Assembly: GCA_002269645.1 (NCBI GenBank)
Contig: NIVC01001952.1
Location: 62,001-126,000, forward strand
Direction of reading: 5' to 3'
From: Macrostomum lignano
Taxonomy: Eukaryota
Length of the DNA stretch: 64,000 nucleotides
Below the pieces are notes generated by a model, which did no database searches, was not told the origin of the DNA, and worked only from the letters and a program-made list of their open reading frames with translations. Shown in pieces: positions 1-11,504 of the stretch; the stretch's first letter is position 1; each line of letters opens with the position of its first letter. Both the position numbers and the translations under genes were made by a program.

Positions 1-164
1 ATGAAGCAACTTCGAGAATCAGGAAAAAATGGCATCATCGAGACATTCAACGATTCTCCTCGGGGTGTCTGGTGGCAAATTAAAACCCAACAACATTGGC
101 AAAATTTTTCTGCTCACAAAATCTCATCATGAAACCACGTCGGCTCAGCAAACTATGCATATCA

Positions 165-571
165 GTCGTAGAGGCCTTTGTTCTCAGCATCCTAGGCACC
201 AGGGTCCCCTTCATCACCGTCTGGAGCATCGGCGGCGACCTTCGGGACCTTCAACAAAAGCACCCGATTGGCATCTCAGAGACGGCCGCTGCGTTCCCAA
301 AACTGAAATGGAATAATCCTCTTCTGCATACAACATTCAGTCAGTAGACATAATCGGTGAATGAAATGGACGATGGCGACCCTCTAGGCTGACCTGTAGA
401 CATATAGGCGCCCTTCGGGACCTTCAACAGAGTGCCACGTGGCCCTGTCGAGCTTGCACCCCCACAATGCGGGTGCTTTTGTTGAAGGTCCCGAAGGTCG
501 CCGCCGATGCTCCAGACGGTGATGAAGGGGACCCTGGTGCCTAGGATGCTGAGAACAAAGGCCTCTACGAC
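165..571. repeat. Perfect 102-bp inverted repeat (arms 165-266 and 470-571) within a larger diverged inverted duplication (~1-800)
   Basis: 165-266 (gtcgtagaggcc...aaaagcacccg) is the exact reverse complement of 470-571. ORFs 96..347(+) and 341..610(-) share SVVEAFVLSILGTRVPFITVWSIGGDLRDLQQKHP. Weaker similarity continues outward (FNDSPRGVWWQ vs FNDSCRRHWWQ). Confidence 0.9.
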
Positions 572-3500
572 AGATGGACCCAGATTATTGAGCCAATATG
601 GATTCACCATGAAGGTTTATACAGTGTAGTGCTGGTTGTCCTTGCCACCAGTGTCTTCGACAAGAATCGTTGAATATCTCGACGATGCTGACGTCGGATG
701 ACTTTGAAAGTTGGTTCGTCGGAAAGGGCGGAAAAATTTGACCTACATGGTGGACTTTTACGAAGATCGGTAATTCTGTTTGCAAGCTATCGTGAAATGG
801 GTCGTGTGTATTTGTAATACACCCCCGTGGTCTTTCCCCATGGGGAAAAATAGCGTGGTCTTTCTACTGTTGAAGAGCATTGTAGCGTTAAACCTCGTGA
901 AGCACGAACACTGCACGCGAAACGGGGAAGTACATGTAGATTAATAAAGCCACATGCAGCCATATGTACATGAAGCAAAGCTAAGAGGTAAACGCCGCTT
1001 TTTGCGTCCCGATCTGAAGGTCGTTACGCAACGTGTCTAAGTTGCAATATTGTCTTTATATTCTTACAGACAGCAGAGAATCGCAGCCAACCTCTCCGGT
1101 TCTATTACTAATACACATCATAGGTAGCCGACGTGTTCTCAAATTGCCAGTTCAAAAGCTAGATGTACAGTTGCTAATTGCGGTAATGTATGCTTTTCTT
1201 TTTAATTCAACGCTATGAGCTAATTAAGAATCCACTAATGTTGCCGATCGGGACATTTATTTCCACTTCAAGTAGATTTACAAGTATAGTTGGAACTTAG
1301 AAAAATTAAAAAGTAACTGCGTCGGAAATGGTAACTCTCCATTTAAAATATCAAATGAGCAAGAAATCTTTTCAGCCCCGGATCAAGTACATGCATCGAA
1401 TATTTCGCGCAGTCACCCTGCACTAGTTGCTATGAACAAGTTGTTATGAAAAACAAACCAACACAGCTAACTACGAGTACCATCAGCTATATATATCCAA
1501 TCCGATTCTACTTACATGTACGAGTACGAGCGTTTTAGCATTCGCAATTAAGCTTAATGAATGAATGTACGCGCACAAAAAAGCATACCACACACCCTTG
1601 CCATCTATAAATGACAGGATGTTAAATACATCTTGATGCATGTGACTTGGACTGTTGTCCGACAATCGCGCTCGTGTATTTGAAAGTGAACTTACTACTC
1701 TTAATAGTTTGCCGGCTATTAACGGTTGTTGCTTTTGGCTTTAAGCAAATAGAATTGCCCTGATAAGATTGTCATCGAAGGCGTACTCGGCCCGGAGGGC
1801 TGTGGTGCGGCTTGGGGCTTCTGGCCAACGATCTTGTACCGCTGGTCAGCTGCCCGAATTTCAGGAAGAGTACCGCGCTCAGCTGTGCTGCTTTGAGCTG
1901 CCATTGCGCTTGGTGAACCTAACTGTACAGGGAGCTGGTACATGTAAATGGACCGCCTGGTCAGGTCTCGGCCTCAGAAGCATGGTTCCACCAAGGCGCC
2001 ACCTTGAAAGCATGAGCCCCAGAAGTTGATAGGTACCCTGCCAGTGTGACCCACCGGGAATTCGGGGATCCTAGGCTTTGGAGATGTGTTCGGCGCCAGA
2101 GTGACAGGCTCTCACCTGTTTGCGGCACAGCCCGGTTGATCTCCCAGCTGCCCACGGCGACCCTGCCTGAGAGGTAGTTTCAGCTGGAGGATGATAGTCT
2201 CTAAGGAGGCCGGACCTGGGTCCACTAATGCGGGTTGGTGGGGCCAGACTGTGCAAAAAATAAAGAGCTTACCAGTTAGGACCACCCGAAATCTGTCGCC
2301 TCTGCTGGCGCCCAATCTTTGCACTTACGGATATAAGGCTCACCCCCGGCTCATCTCCAAAATTCTGCGAATCTTAGTGACGCAGCCCGAAATTGCTTTG
2401 GGCTACGAAAAGGGGATTCCAAACTCCAGGTGGCCCGAGTCTTTTAGACTGCTGGTGGACCCACCCCACCCACCGTGATCCGCGCTTAGCCCAGCCAGGC
2501 AACCCGGTTTAACAACAATATTTTTTGTTAAAATCCTCCTTAAATTTTGCAACAAACGTATATTGAGTTGTCCTTGATACTGCATCAGCTGACTCTCATA
2601 GGCAGTATGTTTGTTTAGGCAGTGTACTTAGCTATCTGTTATAATTCTGTTATTTGTATGTTAAATCAACGTAGATAGAAGATGAACGCAGATAGAAGAT
2701 TGTAAAAAAATTTTAAGTATAGTTTGACTTTGATTTATAATATGTTATAATCACCAAAACGGTATTGTAACTAAATTGAAATACATTTTTACTTTAAATT
2801 TACGTATACACGCAGCGAATGGTATGGATTATTTGATATTAAGGCAGCAAGTGGGTCTGAAGCATATTTCAGTAAGAAGTCAGTTTTCATTAGAAAAATT
2901 GACATACCAGCAAACTTCAACATTCGAGCGGGGGAGAAAGTCTTGGAGTTGGCAAATAGTGTAGAGTTAATAGGTGTATCATGCAATTTAAATGCAAATG
3001 GGGCTTTAGCAGATCATAGAGGGACAGTAAAGTGTGGAATATGATAGGATGGGATATGATAAAATAGCAGAAATTGCATAGATCAGGCAGGGTTACAGCT
3101 AATGCCCTCCAAGCTAAACAGATCTGAGCTGACAAGGCAGTCTTTATGTACGAGTCGTATGTATAAATAGATTGACTGTGATTTGGATTTAACATGCAAG
3201 CAAGGAATATCAGATAGCTAGTAGTAGTATATAAGAGAAAATTCTGTTCCAGCAGTAATTTTAGTCTGTTTTTGGGTAATTCTTCGGGACATTTTTGAAG
3301 CGTTGCCTGCTTTCTGCAGCAGCTGCGGCGGAATGACGAAGCATTTAGAAGCAGTCGCTGCTGCTACAAGTTTTTTTAGATATGGACGTCATTCTTCTCT
3401 GCCTCATAGCAACCACTGAGATTATCTTGGATACGGGCTTCTCTTTCAGCTGACACTGCTCACCTACTGGCTGGCACAGCACTACAGATTCCACATCCAA

Positions 3501-4594
3501 AAGTAAGCAAGCACCATCCCAGTTGCCATGAGGCTGAGAAACCGAATTTCAGTGATAAATGTGAGACAGTTCATTAGGAGTGTATAAAAAAGTTAAAACA
3601 ACAGAATGTAACTAACTTCACAGTAGCTATACTTGACAGAAAGAATAGAAAAAATGTAATGGAAAATGATTTTCTAAAATATAGTTCGCTTTTGCTAACA
3701 TGCTGCTCATTAACTCAGTTTTGAGTCATATTTATAAAACAAATTTTATCAAAATGCTTACACGAACGTCTTTAGATTACAAAAGTGTCTTTAACTTCTA
3801 ATTGTGGTGACAAGTGGCTAGTTACGGTCACGGACTCACGGCACAGAATTGCGGACTCGAAATCGATAAATATTCGAAGTCACATCACAGACGTAGATCT
3901 ACATGTTAAAATTGTAAGATAAAATTAAATTTCTAGCGATTTAAACGCTTTTACAGACATTTTTTAATCTTGAAAGGTCTTGCTCAGTTGCAGAAAAGGT
4001 CGCTAATTACACAAGGCTCGAAAAATAGGGTGGGAATTTGTCTTGCAAAAATACAGCGTTGCTAGGCAACATGGAGTAATTTTGGTCTTTGTGATCCAAT
4101 CAGCTTTTCGACAATTGGTTTAAGTGAAATTTGTTAATGATTAGAGCCGAGGGTTCTATATAACCCTTGACTTAGCTACATGGATGTTGAGAGTAAACCC
4201 GGAAGCGACTATTTCAAAGCATAATAACAAAGTCATGTAATCTTTTTAAATAAGTAGCCATTTTTGTTTGTTGATTTAAAAAAATATATTAATTGCTTTG
4301 TTTTAGGCTGCAGTTTTTACCGCAATACCCCGTTGGATCTAGCTAATTGACAGCTATTAAACACTGTACTGACAAAAGTCTGCCACAAAAAGTCACTAGA
4401 TAATAAATAATAGCTCGTACTTATTTTTCTATAGAACTCACTAATGCAAATTATGCAGGAAATCATCCATACCCAATCAAAGCTGAAGATTCCACATCGT
4501 GCCTTGCTTATGCGATCCTAATATTAAATATTTTTTGTTTTCACCAGACTGAAGACAAACTACGAGCAAAGCGAATAATAAAATAATTCTGTTA

Positions 4595-5050
4595 TCAAGC
4601 CAAGTATTCTTTGCGCTGCGAACCCGTTTCAACGTTCCACACTGGCGGCTGCGGCTGCAGTGCGGGTGCAGTCGTACCGCTCATCGGCCTGTAGATCGGC
4701 TGGTTACCCCGACGGTTAATCAGCGGATTGCCGCTTTGCTCGCGTCGCTGGCGCTCCTCCTTGGCCCTGTGCTGGCGGTGCCGCCGGACCAGAAAGAAAA
4801 TCACTACGCACAGTATAATAATAGCGATGACAACCACCAGTGGTATGACAACAACCATTTTGAGGTCGGCTGCGCCTAGAAAGTCCGGCGTATCGCAGAT
4901 GTCATTCTTCCAGCCCTCCAAGCACTGGCAGTAGAGCTTACCTGGCGGTATCTTTCTGCAATAGCCGCCTTCCAGGCAGTAGCTGTGCAGCTGGATGCGT
5001 AGCCTCTCACGCTCTTCCGCCGTGCAGTTGGTAACGCCATAGTCTGACAT
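4595..5050 (-). CDS. Single-pass membrane protein with one EGF-like domain (EGF/TGF-alpha/neuregulin-type ligand-like), 151 aa
   Basis: Six-Cys EGF spacing C-x15-C-x5-C-x9-C-x-C-x8-C (CTAE..YCLEGGYCRKIPPGKLYCQCLEGWKNDIC), a short stalk, TM helix VVVIPLVVVIAIIILCVVIFFLV, basic stop-transfer RRHRQHRAK and a cytoplasmic tail. Confidence 0.8.
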   Translation of the reverse strand: MSDYGVTNCTAEERERLRIQLHSYCLEGGYCRKIPPGKLYCQCLEGWKNDICDTPDFLGAADLKMVVVIPLVVVIAIIILCVVIFFLVRRHRQHRAKEERQRREQSGNPLINRRGNQPIYRPMSGTTAPALQPQPPVWNVETGSQRKEYLA

Positions 5051-7338
5051 GGCCAGTCTTCAGCGCTAGAAGATCACTAATCTGGTTTTAGAGGCCTGCT
5101 TACAGACTGCGGCGGTTTTTACGCGCTTTTTTCTGAGTAAGCTCTGTCCCTTATACTTAATTGAGTATAAGAAGCAGATTGTTGCCAGACTGCTGTGCTA
5201 TTAGTGTTGAGAACACCAAATGAGGAGAGGGCTTCGCCGATAAAGGCCTCGCTTTGTGCGCAGTCGTTTGGAATGCCCGCTCTGTATGTACATTTGCTAA
5301 CAATGTTCACTTCTCTCCCTCCTCTCCCCCACTCCTGCCCAGCCGGACTGGACATAGCCCTCTCTAGTGGGGTGGGTTGGAGCAGGAATGTGAAACACTT
5401 CTTGCGGGAATGGAGAGGGAAAGGAACGGAAAGCCGCGCCCACCACCCCAGATTCCTCCTCCTTCTAATGCTTGTGGCGAGACCAAACAAGAGTGGGTGG
5501 GTGGGGTGCATTCCGCATTGTGTGGGCTGTTTTGAGCTTGTATGGACCTATTTGGCAATTTTTATTTAATTTATTAGCAAGAAAAATGCTCATTATACTT
5601 ATAGATTACAGTAATCCTACAGCAATCACAGCATAAATGACCGTTTTACTTTTGTAAATGCATGCGACACAATGTATTGTGTCGACGGCGAGCTTGAAAT
5701 CTGTTGTGTGTGTCCATAATCGGCACAAGTCCAAGATCTTACACACATGAAACAATTTACAGGTATTGCATAGATTTTATAAAAGAGTGCTTGACTCTTC
5801 AATTATAAGCGTTAGGATTTTGCAGTGGTACGAGCGATAGATTTCAAAATTTTCTGCAAAAAATGTTTTTCGCCTACTGTTAATAGTATCGCTTAAGTTA
5901 CAGATAAAGTCACTCAGACAGCACTCAGAAAAATCAAATCAAATCAGACCTAAAAAGGTAAGATCATTATTAATTAGTCTAATAATATGCAAACACAGAG
6001 AATTACTTTATAAACCAGTTCATACACCATTAACGCATTAAAAACGTTTATTCAAAGAGATTATTTAGAAATTTCACGATTTTACGAAAACAAGGTTTTC
6101 ATTCAGAAAGGTAACGGTAGTTCTTTATTTGGAGCTGAAAGAAATACCTTAGTTTTCCAAGATCATACTTTTAGGGATCATTTCTATAGTATGTATCGCC
6201 AGGACGTCAACCAAAATTGACCCTGGACCCAAACCCGCGAGGACGAATTCTAGCCTGCCTTTCTGAGCGCGAAGCGGGTTGCAGCTGGCAGCGAAGTCTG
6301 CCTCGGCTGCGACCATTGATGACCGCTTTTCACCCTCTCGGGTGGAAAGGGAAGGCAGGCAAGCTGAGCGGTTTTTTCAGAAACGAAAGATACACAGTTG
6401 TACCTACTCAAAAGGTTCCGCAGATAAGCAAGAACGGGTAAAAATAATGATGATACCGAATATGCCTCTATTTGACTCAATAAAGTCAAACCTGGGAGAA
6501 ATAAATCGATTCATGTGATTTAAATCTCTTCTTCACACTGCAGAAAAACAAAATTCTATGAATAGTAACTTTTAGCAAAGCGAGCAGCCTGTCTTTCACA
6601 GATTAATGGAATTGCAAATTGAAGAGTGTATTAAAATTTTAGTGTTGCTTTCAGAGTGGCAGCAGAAATTTGGCAATAAACTCCGATGAGTCGAAAATAG
6701 AGCTCATAAGCAATGTGAATAGCGCTTTCAATTTTCCCGATGGATTCCATATTTGGCTTCTCATATTCTCGACGTTGTCCTTGGGAGATTACTCGAACAG
6801 CAGTGCAGGTCTGTCTTGCCAAGTGCATGCCAGATAAGGCCTATAATCTGGGCTTTTAACCTTGGCTCTGCAGTAATATTGATTTCTATGCTGAGCAAAC
6901 TGTTCTATACGGAAACTAAGAGAGCGGCGCCTCGTAGTCACGCTTCTGAAAATCCTCTTGGCCGCCGCTGCGCCATCCTTATCAAGTTGTCATCCCTGCA
7001 ACCTGCCTTGGCGAGGGGGGGGCTATTTTTGTGCCTTGTTTTATTTAGCTTTGCCTGTTGTACGGCTGATTTGCTTATACATGTAGTGGAGAAGTGTTGG
7101 CTCGGACTCAACTCAGAATCAACGGGATCGAGAGCTACCTCAGTCAAGGTGGAGTAAATTGCATAATCTACCCCTAACCCTCTCAAAAGTGGCGACCACA
7201 GACGGAATCTTCTGTGATAGCGACTTTTCGATGTTGCTGAGCATAGCTTACATACTCGAAGGCCATGCGTTTATGTGATCTGATTGAGTTGACTGTACAG
7301 CACTATGCTCTCAAATTCAATGTTTGTTCCTGCAACTC

Positions 7339-8241
7339 GGGGGGGGGGCATCACAAACCCAAAAACTCACAACTCCGAAAAGCGCTTTCCATCATAAACC
7401 CCTAAATATCATAAACCCGAAATATCACAAACCCGAAATATCACAAACCCGAAATATCACAAACCCGAAATATCACAAACCCGAAATATCACAAACCCGA
7501 AATATCATAAACCCGAAATATCATAGGTCCGAAAACCAAAATAGCAGCGCCCATCACAAACGGGTTTCGACGACTTATGATATTTCGGGTTTATGATATT
7601 TCGGGTTCGTGATATTTCGGGTTTAAGATGGGCGCTGCTATTTTGGTTTTCGGACTTATGATATTTCGGGTTTATGATATTTCGGGTTTGTGATTTTTCG
7701 GGTTTGTGATATTTCGGGTTTGTGATATTTCGGGTTTGTGATATTTCGGGTTTGTGATATTTCGGGTTCGTGATATTTCGGGTTTGTGATGGACGCTGCT
7801 ATTTTGGTTTTCGGACTTATGATATTTCGGGTTTATGATATTTCGGGTTTATGATATTTCGGGTTTGTGATTTTTCGGGTTTGTGATATTTCGGGTTTGT
7901 GATATTTCGGGTTTATGATTTTTCGGGTTTGTGATATTTCGGGTTTGTGATATTTCGGGTTCGTGATATTTCGGGTTTGGGATGGACGCTGCTATTTTGG
8001 TTTTCGGACTTATGATATTTCGGGTTTATGATATTTCGGGTTTGTGATATTTCGGGTTTGTGAAATTTCGGGTTTGTGATGGGCGCTGCTATTTTGGTTT
8101 TCGGACTTATGATATTTCGGGTTTATGATATTTCGGGTTTGTGATATTTCGGGTTTGTGATATTTCGGGTTTGTGATATTTCGGTTTTATGATGGAAAGT
8201 GCTTTCGGAGTGTGACTTTTCGGGTTTATGACGGCGACCCC
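7339..8241. mobile_element. Non-autonomous foldback-type DNA transposon (MULE/FB-like or hAT-like) built from 16-bp subterminal repeats
   Basis: Direct flanks TGCAACTC at 7331-7338 and 8242-8249 (9 bp CTGCAACTC if the end is placed 1 nt inward). Imperfect ~50-bp TIRs (7351-7400 vs 8181-8230). The 16-bp unit ATCACAAACCCGAAAT switches orientation at ~7565, with a 32-bp module GATGGGCGCTGCTATTTTGGTTTTCGGACTTA interspersed. Confidence 0.8.
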
Positions 8242-9073
8242 TGCAACTCTATATTCTAATTGAGCAATATTTTAAAGAAGAAATCCTCACATGATAGTTT
8301 CGTTTATCAACTTGTCGAATTAAAAAGAGCCATAAATCTTCGTCATTAGTATGATCTGTATGTATTGCTCACAATGTAAAAAGAAATTTTGGTTACAGAA
8401 ATCTGTCATGCTGTTTACTGGCCATTGAACTCGTCCGACTCGTCTCGTCCGGTGGGCGAACTTTTTTCTTAGCATCATGCCCATTAAAATGCTCTCTGGC
8501 CTCTGTGGAGAGGCAGCCAACAAAGATGGTTAAAGAGATTCTCAGTCTTGCATTCCATTAGGCATCAATATTGCATCAGTCCACATGTATAGAGGCTAAA
8601 ATGTACAGTTAGAGCAGCTCATCATAGCAGTTCTCTGCTTTGTAGTTCACTCAGACCCACACGTTTGGATACATGATGCCTCGATTTCATACTCGAACCA
8701 GAAGCTGAATGTCGAGCTAAAAATAAAAGCAGAGTTGGCATTTCTGGTTCTGTCGAACGTCGATCGCAGTTAAGCCGACTTGCTCGTATAAGGGAATACA
8801 TTGTATAAGTTACTGTTTCAGGAGGATCTTCATGTGACTTAGCAGGCGAAAATAACTCTTAAGTCTTGGCCCGACACCAGGAGGGGGACCGCTAGTGACG
8901 GACTCTTCCCAGCGTTCTAGCTCAAGGGCGCGGTGAAAACCTACGTGTTAGGCGTTATAGGGTACGAGAAGGATCTTCAGTTGCCTTCACTAGTAAGCAG
9001 CCGTCAACAGATTTCAAGTGTAAATTCAACAATAAACATAAGACAGGAATATTGTGAGAAAGACTCTTCGCAG

Positions 9074-9841
<768 letters not shown>

Positions 9842-10051
9842 GGGTAGACTCATAATCGTCAAAGTATGATGAGCCTTGACATCTTCTCAATTATTTTGCC
9901 ATCGTTACATGTCTTGGCTAAAATACAGAGCTAAAAATATACACGTGAGGAAGTCAAGAAAATTTTATTTCTAAAATAGCTCGTACTCGTATCTCTTATA
10001 ATCCTCTACTAGCTATTCAATTGCTGAGTTGAAGCAGTGCACAGTTGCTAA

Positions 10052-11297
10052 TGTTATGCCGTGGCTTTCGCCTGAGATAGAACAAGGATTTCCCTGGGTG
10101 GTCGGGTAGGTCTTGTTATCCCACCGCTGCCACCAGTGTAATGGCTGTGCCTACTGCTTCCTCTGTCTGTCCTCGCTATCTAGCACGGCCGGTAGCTGGC
10201 CTGAGTGGTCTAGCACTATGGTCCGAATTAACCCCTCTTAGTCTCCACTGAGTACAGTTAGATAATAACCGAGTATTGGTAGTTGGGTTGCTGCCACCTT
10301 GTAGGTCTACAGGTGATATCCTCGACAGGTTACCCCTAGGTAGGCCTACTGATAAGTAGAAAATAAATAAGACAAACAAGTCAGTTAAACGTTTATTAAT
10401 GTGAGTAACGGTCACAGGCCGATCCTAAAATATCGTTTAATAGCTCAACTGGTGTCGCAGTAACAAGTCCCAACCCTATTAGGTGTCACTGATGTTGCCC
10501 AACAGCGTAGGTTGTAGGCCACGAGACCAGGTCCAGACGGTGTCGAAGGTCTGGCGAGCTGATGACACAAAGACCTGCGGCAATCTTAATGAGCAAATGG
10601 CAGCTGCAACAAGGATTTGTTAGCAGGTTATCCCTAGGAAAAGCGTCTAGCGATCTGCCTAAGCTAGTTCGTCTAGGAAAAGCATCTAGGAATACTAGCC
10701 TTTGCTCGAAGCCAAGCAGGCGGTCTCCGAGAGGATCGAGATCGTCTCCTGAACGAGGATGGTCTCTTTGGGCCTTCACCTACTCTGTATTTATACTAAA
10801 ATTCGGGGGTCTTAGGGCCAATGGGAAGCTCAGAGGCAGTTCCGTGGCAGATCCCATGGCAGTTCCGTGGACTACCCGGAGCCAGGAGCGATCTTGGAGA
10901 TGCCCATAAGACATCTGCCTCATCATGCAGCCTCCGCATGGCCTGCTGGTACACTGCTTGCATGTTGCCGCATGCAAGGAGTGCAACCAAGACCCCACGA
11001 GATCCTACCCCGGGCGGAGAGCTATGCTCTCACTCCCGCTGACTAAATAAGCCTGTACTAAAGGAGAAATATCCCACTGACTAATGTTTCTATTTTTAGC
11101 CCATTGCAGACTGCGCCAGGGGGAGAGGGGGAGAGAGTTTCTCTCCCTGTCCCGCGACAGCTGCACACCTGAGCCTGCACAAGGGAAGGGGAGGAAGGGA
11201 CAGCCCTATGCCCAGCTCCCACTGCTGCAGCCCAAGCACTAACTGACTAAGAGGGGATCCCAGGAGCAGCCTATGCTAGCTACGCTGGATCACCACA
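10052..11297 (-). repeat. 3' LTR of the Gypsy element (1246 bp)
   Basis: Minus strand TGTGGTGATCC...GGCATAACA. TATAAAT-like box at 10789-10795 and AATAAA at 10392-10397 on the minus strand. The ORF track is identical to the other LTR at a constant offset. Confidence 0.97.
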
Positions 11298-11309
11298 CCC
11301 ACCCCACCT
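11298..11309 (-). other. Polypurine tract (PPT)
   Basis: AGGTGGGGTGGG on the minus strand, abutting the TG of the 3' LTR. Confidence 0.75.
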
Positions 11310-11504
11310 GAAAAAGAAGAAGCGACACCAGGAGGTTCTTCATCAAGTAAGGTAAGTCAATGTATTTAATAAGTCATGTAGGTATCAATTAGAGAAAGGC
11401 CATAGGCCAATACACAGAAGCTGATAGTTATACTGAAAGGCCTGAGCCAATACGCCTGTGAGGCCATATGCCCCACGATGAGCTACTGTAGACGAGCGTC
11501 TCCG

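Noticed and set aside
341-610. Viral RdRp/RT-like motif GQPRGSPSS
   Set aside because: A single short resemblance, with no GDD/YxDD at a suitable distance.
1740-2480. Decayed reverse transcriptase or tyrosine-recombinase remnant (EINRAVPQTGESLS, NHASEA(E)DL, LFLKFG on the minus strand)
   Set aside because: The motifs are weak and scattered over three frames with many stops. They cannot be supported without a profile search.
10176-11042. Short ORFs inside the LTRs (repeated at 17984-18850)
   Set aside because: They overlap on both strands, have no recognisable domains, and are duplicated only because the LTRs are.
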